This document shows positions 45,777 to 53,794 of a stretch of DNA of 64,000 bases, piece after piece. A program made the translations under genes and the position numbers. How positions within the stretch are numbered: position 1 is the first letter of the stretch; each line of letters opens with the position of its first letter. The DNA comes from an uncultured OCS116 cluster bacterium. Lineage in GTDB: Bacteria; Pseudomonadota; Alphaproteobacteria; Rhizobiales; TMED25. The stretch covers positions 1,140 to 65,139 of the forward strand of contig CACPHU010000006.1 in the NCBI GenBank assembly GCA_902633855.1, read 5' to 3'. Below the pieces are notes generated by a model. It did no database searches and had not been told where the DNA came from. It saw only the letters and a program-made list of their open reading frames with translations.

Positions 45777-46130
45777 CTAGTTTTCACCAAACCATTCCCA
45801 AATAACACTTGCCATTATGTCACAATCTGTTTGCCCTGCTTCGATAACAGCTGCTGCACCAATTGCACCTCTTTCCCAAGCCAATTCCTGCCTTTCATTT
45901 AGGTGATCTAATTCACTTGAGTAGCGTTCAAATCTTGGGCTAATCATTAATCTATCTACAACTGTGTCATAATATTGGTTATCAAAACAATATTCTTCAT
46001 AGGCAAAAATCTGTGTCCATACCCCGCCCAAAACTGCAATCTCCTCATTTGCAACTTCTACATCATGAAATGTGAAGCTAGAATTTGCGATAAAGGGTGA
46101 TGCAATTATACTTTTTACAATCGTTTTCAT
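45777..46130 (-). CDS. Hypothetical protein (117 aa), no family recognised
   Basis: ORF co-oriented with sspB-fumC and 33 nt upstream of sspB. Acidic, aromatic-rich, no TM segment or signal peptide. Confidence 0.5.
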   Translation of the reverse strand: MKTIVKSIIASPFIANSSFTFHDVEVANEEIAVLGGVWTQIFAYEEYCFDNQYYDTVVDRLMISPRFERYSSELDHLNERQELAWERGAIGAAAVIEAGQTDCDIMASVIWEWFGEN

Positions 46131-46306
46131 AATCCATTCTCTGCATAGTATATTGTGATATTAGTACAATAACACTAAACAAGCATATAAAAATTAAAAT
46201 AATGTACTTATATTCAAGTAAAAAATAGTCGATTATCAATCTATCCATTTTGATGATTTTATTGTCGTATCATATAAAAAAACTTTGAATAAATATTTTA
46301 ATTAAA

Positions 46307-46605
46307 GGGGCGTTCTGTTGCCAGGTGCCCCCAAACCCCGCCTTACCTTGCTAGAGGTAAGGGCTTAAGTTTCGGTGCTCAAGCTGACTATGCAGCTACT
46401 GCGACCGGAGCATAGTTGTCATTTGCAACTATAAAATTAGCCCGATAACGGTGGTACAATACCGAGTAAAAGGTAGCCTTTTACGCTCTCGTCGATCCTG
46501 TTTCGCCCCCATAATTTTTAATGGTGGAGGCGCCGGGTACCGCCCCCGGGTCCGATAAGTTTATTTTGACGCCAATTTATTACTATAGCTCAAAGAGCAG
46601 AACTA
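46307..46605 (-). ncRNA. ssrA: Two-piece (circularly permuted) tmRNA gene
   Basis: Read on the minus strand. The acceptor piece ends ...ccggg-ggcggta-cccgg-CGCCTCC-A-CCA at 46522. An 11-nt spacer follows. The coding piece starts GGGGGCGAAACAGGATCGACG at 46510; G3 pairs with U, the Ala identity element. Tag ORF 46426..46388: GCA AAT GAC AAC TAT GCT CCG GTC GCA GTA GCT GCA TAG = ANDNYAPVAVAA*. Outer boundaries are approximate. Confidence 0.85.
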
Positions 46606-46692
46606 TAATAATCCCAAATACGTATCAAATAAAGTTTATTATAAATTTATTTCGGACTTCGCAAGTGTTAGTGAATCAGTCATAGTTAAAAA

Positions 46693-47487
46693 ATGAAACA
46701 GTATCTTGACTTATTAGAACATATTATTAAAAACGGCGAAGAAAAAGATGATCGCACAGGTACGGGCACAATATCAGTGTTTGGTCACCAAATGAGATTT
46801 AATCTTCAGGATGGCTTTCCTCTTGTTACCACAAAAAAGCTTCACCTAAAATCAATAATTTATGAGCTTATTTGGTTTCTATCAGGAGACACGAATATTA
46901 GATTCTTACAGGATAACGGAGTCTCAATATGGAACGAATGGGCTGGCCCTGATGGCGACCTAGGGCCAGTTTACGGGAAACAATGGCGCTCATGGGAGTG
47001 CAGAGATGGTAGGTCAATTGATCAAATATCTAACTTAATTTCTAATTTAAAAAACTCACCACACTCCAGACGACACATTATCTCAGCTTGGAATGTTAGT
47101 GATGTTGAAGATATGGCACTGCCACCTTGTCATTGCCTGTTTCAATTTTATGTCTCAAACAACAAATTAAGTTGTCATCTATACCAAAGATCAGCTGATG
47201 TTTTTTTGGGTGTGCCTTTCAATATTGCCTCCTATGCACTACTCACGCACATGATAGCGCACGTATGTAAATTCGAGGTTGGAGATTTTGTTCATACTTT
47301 GGGTGATGCGCATATATATTCTAACCACCTTGAGCAGGTCAAAGTCCAGCTTGAAAGATCTCCATTAAGATTACCAAGACTGGCATTAAATGAAACTATT
47401 ACAGATATATTCAATTTCAAATATGAAGACATTATTATTTCTGATTATGAAGCCCATCCACACATAAAAGCTAAAGTTGCTGTATGA
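46693..47487 (+). CDS. thyA: Thymidylate synthase (ThyA)
   Basis: [15 protein letters not shown], active-site LPPCH and DAHIY motifs; 264 aa. Confidence 0.96.
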   Translation: MKQYLDLLEHIIKNGEEKDDRTGTGTISVFGHQMRFNLQDGFPLVTTKKLHLKSIIYELIWFLSGDTNIRFLQDNGVSIWNEWAGPDGDLGPVYGKQWRSWECRDGRSIDQISNLISNLKNSPHSRRHIISAWNVSDVEDMALPPCHCLFQFYVSNNKLSCHLYQRSADVFLGVPFNIASYALLTHMIAHVCKFEVGDFVHTLGDAHIYSNHLEQVKVQLERSPLRLPRLALNETITDIFNFKYEDIIISDYEAHPHIKAKVAV

Positions 47488-47993
47488 TCTCAATATCAAT
47501 TATATTAGCGCATGCATCAAATCATGTGATTGGTAAAGATGGGAAACTGCCATGGCACATACCTGCTGACCTTAAATATTTTAAAGAACTTACCAATGGA
47601 AATCCTATAATTATGGGACGAAAAACTTTTGAGTCTATAGGCAGACCACTACCTGGTCGACATAATATAATAATAACTAGAAATAGTGAATACCACATAG
47701 ATGATTGCGCAGTGGTATGTGATTTTCAAGCGGCTCTTAAAGAGGCAGGTGATTTTGCAGAACAAAATGGAAAAAGTGATATTTTCATAATTGGAGGGGC
47801 TGAAGTTTACAGACAGGCGATAGATTTTGCCGACAAGGCTTATATTACTGAAGTTCACGCTGATTTTGATGGTGATGCAGTTTTTGATATGTTAGATCTA
47901 TCAAATTGGAAAGAAATTTCGCGTGATTATCATTCGAATGAAACATCAGATTTGCCATATTCTTTTGTTGTTTTGACCAGAATTAGCAAGTAA
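47484..47993 (+). CDS. folA: Dihydrofolate reductase
   Basis: [28 protein letters not shown]; ATGA overlap with thyA. Confidence 0.93.
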   Translation: MISISIILAHASNHVIGKDGKLPWHIPADLKYFKELTNGNPIIMGRKTFESIGRPLPGRHNIIITRNSEYHIDDCAVVCDFQAALKEAGDFAEQNGKSDIFIIGGAEVYRQAIDFADKAYITEVHADFDGDAVFDMLDLSNWKEISRDYHSNETSDLPYSFVVLTRISK

Positions 47994-48093
47994 ATATTAA
48001 TTCTATTCAATTTGTATAAAAACCTTTAAAATAATTTACACAATAACTATGTTATATTAGTGTGTTTTAAAAATCTCAAAAAGGTAGTAAAAA

Positions 48094-49197
48094 ATGTCAT
48101 GGGACAATAATAACGATAATGGTCCTTGGGGACGAGGCCCAAGTGGCGGCGGCAATTTCGATAATAATGATCTAGATAAGCTGCTAAAGAATTTAAAATC
48201 TCGGTTTGGTAGTTTTTCACCAAAATCACCGGATGGTAAAGTGGGCAAAAAAAATTGGCTATTGATCGCACTAATAGGCCTAGCAATATGGGGGGCAACA
48301 GGAATTTACCGAGTTCAACCAGATGAGCAAGGTATAGTACTACGCTTTGGTGAGTATATCCGCTCAACTCCAGATGGGCTGCATTATCATTTACCTTTCC
48401 CAATTGAGACAGTCATAAAGCCCAAAGTGACACGTGAAAACCAAGTAGAGGTTGGCATTAGAACTTCAAATCAAGCGTCCATTGGCAGAGGGACTGTCGG
48501 TCGTGATGTGCCTGAAGAAAGCCTGATGCTCACCGGTGACGAGAACATTGTTGATGTTGATTTCTCAGTTCAGTGGGTCATAAGTGATGCCGCTGACTAC
48601 TTATTTAACATTGAAAATCAAGAGTCCACAGTCAAAGCTGTTGCAGAAAGTGCAATGAGAGAAATTATTGGAAACTCAAATCTTGAACAGATACTTACAC
48701 AGGGCAGAGAGAGCAATGAACAGGCCGTAAGAGATCTTATGCAGAGTACACTAGATGAATATGGCGCAGGCATACTTATCCGACGTGTTCAATTACAAAA
48801 GGTTGATCCACCAGCTGCTGTTATTGATGCTTTCAGAGATGTTCAGGCTGCAAGAGCGGACCAAGAAAGGCTCAGAAACGAAGCTGAAGCTTACTCAAAC
48901 AGGATAATTCCAGCAGCACGCGGTGAAGCCGCACAATTAATGGAAGCTGCTGAAGCATATAAAAACTCTGTTATAGCTGATGCGGAAGGTCAAGCATCAA
49001 GATTTAACTCAATTTATGAAGAATATAGAAAAGCACCAGAAGTTACTCGAGGGAGGATGTATCTTGAAACAATCGAACGTGTGTATGGTGGAATGGATAA
49101 AATCATTATAGATCAGAGCGGAGGTAGCTCAAGTGTTGTACCATATCTGCCCCTCGATCAATTACAAAAACGCCAAGATGATGGAGAAACGCAATGA
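48094..49197 (+). CDS. hflK: FtsH protease modulator HflK (SPFH/band 7)
   Basis: Gly/Asn-rich N-terminus, one TM segment, SPFH domain, and a C-terminal coiled region (AEAY...AEGQA.RF). Confidence 0.9.
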   Translation: MSWDNNNDNGPWGRGPSGGGNFDNNDLDKLLKNLKSRFGSFSPKSPDGKVGKKNWLLIALIGLAIWGATGIYRVQPDEQGIVLRFGEYIRSTPDGLHYHLPFPIETVIKPKVTRENQVEVGIRTSNQASIGRGTVGRDVPEESLMLTGDENIVDVDFSVQWVISDAADYLFNIENQESTVKAVAESAMREIIGNSNLEQILTQGRESNEQAVRDLMQSTLDEYGAGILIRRVQLQKVDPPAAVIDAFRDVQAARADQERLRNEAEAYSNRIIPAARGEAAQLMEAAEAYKNSVIADAEGQASRFNSIYEEYRKAPEVTRGRMYLETIERVYGGMDKIIIDQSGGSSSVVPYLPLDQLQKRQDDGETQ

Positions 49198-50069
49198 TTA
49201 AAAAACTCGGAATAACAGGCTTGATTGTATTACTATTTGCTTCTGCTGTGATCCTTTTTAGTGCAGCTTTCACTGTTCATCAAACACAACAAGCATTGAT
49301 TTTACGTTTTGGTGAAGCAATAAGAATCGTCACAAATCCTGGATTACATTTTAAAATGCCAATTGCTGATGACGCTGTATACATTGATAAAAGAATTTTG
49401 GACTTAGATTCAGAATCACAGGAAGTTATTGCTTCTGACCAGAAGAGGCTTGTCGTCGATGCATACTCAAGATACCGGATAACTGACGCATTAAAGTACT
49501 ACCAATCAGTTCAAACATCAGCTAGAGCAAATGCCCGTCTTTCTCAAATTCTCAACTCAGCTGTGAGAAGGGTGCTGGGCGCGGCAACGTTTGAGGAAAT
49601 TGTGAGAGATAAACGACCAGAATTGATGAAAAAGATTACGGAGCAGGTGAACAATGAGGCGACGGCTCTTGGAATGTCAATTATAGATGTAAAAATCAGA
49701 AGAGCCGATCTGCCTGAGGCTAACAGCCAAGCTGTATACATGAGAATGCAAACAGCTAGGACCAAGGAAGCAAACGATATCAGAGCAAGGGGTCAAGAGC
49801 AAGCTAAAATCATAACATCAGTAGCAGACAGGGAAGCAAAGATCATCATAGCTGAGGCTAATAAGATCTCAGAAATAACAAGGGGTGAAGGTGACGCTGA
49901 GCGAAACAGTATTTATGCAGAATCATACGGCAAAGATCCAGAGTTTTTTAAGTTTTATCGCTCAATGGTAGCGTATGAAGAAAGCTTGAAGTCTGGTGAT
50001 ACACGCTTGGTTATTTCACCTGATACTGATTTCTTTAATTATTTTAAAGACCCTCTCGGCTCTGAGTAA
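49194..50069 (+). CDS. hflC: FtsH protease modulator HflC (SPFH/band 7)
   Basis: N-terminal TM segment, SPFH domain, GEGDAERN.IYAE.Y..DPEFF.FYRS motif; ATGA overlap with hflK. Confidence 0.9.
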   Translation: MIKKLGITGLIVLLFASAVILFSAAFTVHQTQQALILRFGEAIRIVTNPGLHFKMPIADDAVYIDKRILDLDSESQEVIASDQKRLVVDAYSRYRITDALKYYQSVQTSARANARLSQILNSAVRRVLGAATFEEIVRDKRPELMKKITEQVNNEATALGMSIIDVKIRRADLPEANSQAVYMRMQTARTKEANDIRARGQEQAKIITSVADREAKIIIAEANKISEITRGEGDAERNSIYAESYGKDPEFFKFYRSMVAYEESLKSGDTRLVISPDTDFFNYFKDPLGSE

Positions 50070-50071
50070 GA

Positions 50072-50251
50072 ATGGATATTTTTATATTGGCGATCGCAGT
50101 ATTCTTATTATTTGAGGGTACTGTTTACGCCTTATTTCCTGAGCAAACAAAACGGATACTAGCAACAATTATGTCTATGGATACAAATAATCTCCGGGTT
50201 TTTGGGCTTGTCATGGTAACTTTGGGCGCAATAATAATATGGTTGGTTTAA
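50072..50251 (+). CDS. DUF2065 (YjeT-like) small membrane protein
   Basis: Not in the ORF track (59 aa). Hand translation: MDIFILAIAVFLLFEGTVYALFPEQTKRILATIMSMDTNNLRVFGLVMVTLGAIIIWLV. Two TM segments, the EG..y.l.P and LR..G motifs, and the classical position right after hflC. Confidence 0.8.
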   Translation: MDIFILAIAVFLLFEGTVYALFPEQTKRILATIMSMDTNNLRVFGLVMVTLGAIIIWLV

Positions 50252-50317
50252 AAAACATAATTTTGACAAAATCTATATCTAAATGGATAATGTAGGAATT
50301 AAATTTTGGAAGTTAAT

Positions 50318-51772
50318 ATGCAAAAATTACACAATATCAAATCAATATTAGGTATATTACTTGTTTTTGCAATAATTGCCTTTGCAAACCCTCTACGCGC
50401 GAACACATACCCAGATTTCTCTGAGATTGCAGCAAAATATGCAGACTCAGTTGTCAACATATCCTCAAAGCAGAGTGTTAAAAGTAGTGATCCTTTCGAT
50501 GGGCTAAATCCAGAAGACATACCTGATGTTTTTCGAGATTGGTACGATAAAAATAAAAATTCTAAACGACCTGAGTCTGCAAGCTCACTCGGTTCAGGTT
50601 TTGTAATTGATGAGGAGGGTATAATAATAACAAACGCTCATGTCATACTTGATGCGAATGAAATTGATGTGTTATTTTCAAATGGAATCATTCTACCTGC
50701 AGAACTTGTGGGGAAGGATACCAAGACTGATATTGCGGTCTTGCGCGTAAAGCCCGCTGAGGGGCAGAATTTGGTTGCTTTAGAATTTGGTAACTCAGAT
50801 GAACTGAAAGTAGGGCAATGGGTAATGGCAATCGGTAACCCTTTTGGATTGGGTGGAACTGTAACTGCTGGTATTGTTTCTGCAAAAAATAGAGATATAA
50901 GGTCAGGTCCATATGATAATTTTATACAAACCGATGCTGCAATTAACCGAGGGAATAGCGGTGGACCATTATTTAATACAAACGGAAAGGTGGTCGGAAT
51001 AAATTCTGCGATTATATCGACTACAGGTGGATCAGTTGGAATTGGATTTGCAATACCATCAAAAACAGCAACGCCTGTGATAAAGCAGTTGATTGAATAT
51101 GGTGAAACTAGGCGCGGGTGGTTAGGTGTAAGAATTCAGCCAGTAACCGAAGATATTGCATCTAGTCTCGGTATGAATGGTGCAAGTGGCGCACTTGTTG
51201 TTAGCGTTGATGATGATGGACCCGCAAAGCAGGCTGGGATTAAATCTGGGGATATCATACTGAAGTTTAATGATGTTGCAATTGATACTATGAGGGAACT
51301 ACCAAGAGTTGTCGCAGAGACAAAGGTTGGTACAAGGGCTGAAGTAGAAATTTGGCGTAAGAATAAAGCGATAATTAAATCTGTGGTGATTGAAAGATTG
51401 AATGAGGGCAGCCTCGTTCCTGTAGAGTCATTAGACGATAAGGATAACACTGATGCAGATAATACCCCTATCTTAAACCTTGGTTTCTCCTTAAGCAATA
51501 TAAGTAAAGAATTATCGGCCAAATATGATTTCACCCCAAACCAAAAGGGTCTTGTTGTAACACAGATAGACAATCAATCTGATGCATTCAAAAGAGGTTT
51601 GCAGGAGGGTGATGTTATTAACGTTATAAATGAGCCGGATCTATACAGCGTTAATCAATTTATTCGTATTATTGATAAATACAAAAAGGCTGACAAAAAC
51701 TTACTTTTAATAAAAGTAGTTCGTGGCAAGAATATGATACGAGTGTTTCCAATTGATATTTCTATAGACTAA
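50318..51772 (+). CDS. degP: Periplasmic serine endoprotease, DegP/DegQ/HtrA (Do) family, two PDZ domains
   Basis: Signal peptide, catalytic triad contexts TNAHV, D in KTDIAVL and GNSGGPL, then two PDZ-like regions. ATG 50318 is preferred over the track TTG 50306. Confidence 0.9.
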   Translation: MQKLHNIKSILGILLVFAIIAFANPLRANTYPDFSEIAAKYADSVVNISSKQSVKSSDPFDGLNPEDIPDVFRDWYDKNKNSKRPESASSLGSGFVIDEEGIIITNAHVILDANEIDVLFSNGIILPAELVGKDTKTDIAVLRVKPAEGQNLVALEFGNSDELKVGQWVMAIGNPFGLGGTVTAGIVSAKNRDIRSGPYDNFIQTDAAINRGNSGGPLFNTNGKVVGINSAIISTTGGSVGIGFAIPSKTATPVIKQLIEYGETRRGWLGVRIQPVTEDIASSLGMNGASGALVVSVDDDGPAKQAGIKSGDIILKFNDVAIDTMRELPRVVAETKVGTRAEVEIWRKNKAIIKSVVIERLNEGSLVPVESLDDKDNTDADNTPILNLGFSLSNISKELSAKYDFTPNQKGLVVTQIDNQSDAFKRGLQEGDVINVINEPDLYSVNQFIRIIDKYKKADKNLLLIKVVRGKNMIRVFPIDISID

Positions 51773-52647
51773 TCAATTATTCTATCTTCTGGTATGCCTA
51801 TAAAGTATAATAAACTATCGAGACCAGTGTGCTCTATATGCCCATTAGCATTTGCTTTTAATATTGGTTTGCCCCTGTAAGATATACCAAGGCCAGCTTC
51901 TTTTATCATTTCCAAGTCGTTCGCTCCATCACCTATGGCCACCACTTCAGCATTTGTGAGCTTATGAGACTCAATAGTTTTTTTGAGGATTTTCTTTTTC
52001 GATATGGAGTCAATTATTGGTGGAATAACCTTACCCGTAAGAATATCATCAATCACTTCAAGGTTATTGGCATAATTTTCGTGAAAATTAAGTTTTTCTG
52101 ATATTTTTTTAGTGAAAAAAGTAAACCCCCCTGAGACCAATATTGTTTTTATTTTTTGCTTATTGAGATTTATTAGCAATTTTTCTGCGCCATCATTAAA
52201 TTCAATCTTTTGGAAAATTTCATTGAGAAGTTCTAATTTCATACCCTTTAGCAAGCCAACTCTATTTTCTAAGGCATCAGCAAAGGCTATTTCTCCCTCC
52301 ATTGCCCTTCTTGTAATATCTTCTACTTCTTCTTTTACATTTGCGAGATCTGCAATCTCATCAATGCATTCTTGTTTTATGATTGTTGAATCCATATCCG
52401 AGATGAATATACGCTTACTATTTTCTTGAGCATTTTGGTAAGCCCAATCATACAAACAAGTATTAAAATACTCAATTAATTGATCAACTATTACAGTCTT
52501 ATCTGAGATAAAATAAATCTCACAGGCTCTTTCATTAGCAAGCCATTTACTTTTGATATCGACTTTCAGAAAATCCTGAATCGCTGTAAAGGTTTCTGTT
52601 GTTATGTTGTTATCTTTGCTAGATACTATTGTAAGTAATTTTTTCAT
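51769..52647 (-). CDS. serB: Phosphoserine phosphatase SerB (HAD superfamily)
   Basis: DMDSTIIKQECIDE (DxDST), VSGGF, GDGANDL motifs; 292 aa. Confidence 0.88.
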   Translation of the reverse strand: MKKLLTIVSSKDNNITTETFTAIQDFLKVDIKSKWLANERACEIYFISDKTVIVDQLIEYFNTCLYDWAYQNAQENSKRIFISDMDSTIIKQECIDEIADLANVKEEVEDITRRAMEGEIAFADALENRVGLLKGMKLELLNEIFQKIEFNDGAEKLLINLNKQKIKTILVSGGFTFFTKKISEKLNFHENYANNLEVIDDILTGKVIPPIIDSISKKKILKKTIESHKLTNAEVVAIGDGANDLEMIKEAGLGISYRGKPILKANANGHIEHTGLDSLLYFIGIPEDRIID

Positions 52648-52670
52648 TCTTTATTTGTAGACTGAGGTAG

Positions 52671-53576
52671 ATGTCAAATTATAGCTCAATTCTGGTTTCA
52701 GGTCCAACAGCTTCTGGGAAGTCTCAGCTGGCAGTTCGGTTAGCAAAAATCTATGATGGTGTGGTAATTAACGCTGATGCCATGCAAATATATGATGTGC
52801 TTTCAATTATAACAGCTCGACCAAACATCAAATCTCAAGACAGCGTTCCACACTTTTTGTATGGGTATGTTAATCCTCAAATAAGGTATTCAGTCGGTGA
52901 GTGGCAAAAAGATATTGCAAGATTATTGGTATTCTTGGAGAAAATAAATATTTTACCGATAATTGTCGGGGGTACAGGATTATATTTTTCTGGTTTATTG
53001 GGTGAAATAGCTGAAATACCAAATATTTCCAAAGAAATAAGAAGCAAATGGTTGAAAGTTAAAGATGAAAATGACACACATTATCTTCATGAATACTTAA
53101 AAAAAATAGATCCAAAATCATACGAAAAAATTAATCCAAATGATCCATCGAGAATTTTACGTGCCATTGAAGTTTATGAGCAGACTGGTGTTTCAATTCA
53201 GGACTGGCAAGAAAATCAGGGTGTTCAACTCATAGAAAAGTCAAAGTCAAAATTTATTTATTTCTGCCCTAATAAGGAAGATCTGCATCTTAATATTAAA
53301 AATAGAACAGCCCAAATGTTATCGAGCGAAGAGCTGTATAGAGAGGTCAGCGATCTTCGTGAACTCAAAGTCCCACCAGCCTATCCATCAATGAAAGCAA
53401 TTGGTGTAAGAGAAGTCATCGATTTAATAGATGGTAAAACTAATAAAGATCAAGTAGAAATTAGTATAAATAATCAAACAAAAAGATATGTAAAAAGACA
53501 AATAACATGGGCACGGAAAAAAATGGTTGATTGGGACTGGATTGATGACGAAAAACAAATTTCCGAACTCTCGTAA
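52671..53576 (+). CDS. miaA: tRNA dimethylallyltransferase MiaA
   Basis: GPTASGKS P-loop, INADAMQIY, PHFL, VGGTGLYF, QTKRYVKRQITW. Confidence 0.92.
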   Translation: MSNYSSILVSGPTASGKSQLAVRLAKIYDGVVINADAMQIYDVLSIITARPNIKSQDSVPHFLYGYVNPQIRYSVGEWQKDIARLLVFLEKINILPIIVGGTGLYFSGLLGEIAEIPNISKEIRSKWLKVKDENDTHYLHEYLKKIDPKSYEKINPNDPSRILRAIEVYEQTGVSIQDWQENQGVQLIEKSKSKFIYFCPNKEDLHLNIKNRTAQMLSSEELYREVSDLRELKVPPAYPSMKAIGVREVIDLIDGKTNKDQVEISINNQTKRYVKRQITWARKKMVDWDWIDDEKQISELS

Positions 53577-53640
53577 AAAAAATTGATTAATTTTTCTTTA
53601 TGAAATATATTGTGATATAAATTTAATATTAATGGATTAA

Positions 53641-53745
53641 ATGATGTACTTAAATAGAAATCTGCTGGTCGTCTTCTGTATCACCTGAATCCCCGGGGGT
53701 TTTTGATGGTGATACTTTGATAGGGGCAAACGCCCCTTTTTTTAA
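53641..53745 (+). promoter_or_regulatory. ilv leader: 15-codon branched-chain-rich leader peptide plus attenuator structures
   Basis: ATG 53641..TGA 53688 encodes MMYLNRNLLVVFCIT. The last codons sit in the helix atcacc (53680-85)/ggtgat (53708-13). A C4G5 tract (53691-99) can pair with either arm of the downstream terminator. Confidence 0.6.
53722..53745 (+). terminator. Intrinsic terminator (attenuator) upstream of ilvI
   Basis: ggggc-aaac-gcccc followed by 7 T (53737-43), about 50 nt upstream of the ilvI ATG and inside the 5' leader. Confidence 0.6.
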
Positions 53746-53794
53746 TTTTGGGTATATCTTTTATGAAAATTTTTTTTAAAAAAAGGTAATAAGA

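Noticed and set aside
46131-46306. AT-rich spacer downstream of the tmRNA coding piece, considered as a possible integration scar or genomic islet.
   Set aside because: There is no ORF, no repeat of tmRNA sequence and no recombinase nearby. It is most simply a terminator and promoter spacer.
48047-48403. 118-aa and 63-aa minus-strand ORFs antisense to hflK. The same applies to other antisense track ORFs (2734..3150, 4322..4609, 20907..21281, 23138..23521, 29412..29831, 31207..31527, 51136..51573, 52112..52429, 59315..59665, 60864..61310, 61563..61880).
   Set aside because: All lie opposite well-supported conserved genes, have low-complexity or unusual composition, and lack recognisable motifs. 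They are typical shadow ORFs.
53691-53705. ccccggggg followed by ttttt as an independent intrinsic terminator.
   Set aside because: The C4/G5 tract has no loop and cannot form a stable hairpin on its own. It is better interpreted as the switch segment that pairs with either arm of the 53723-53736 terminator.
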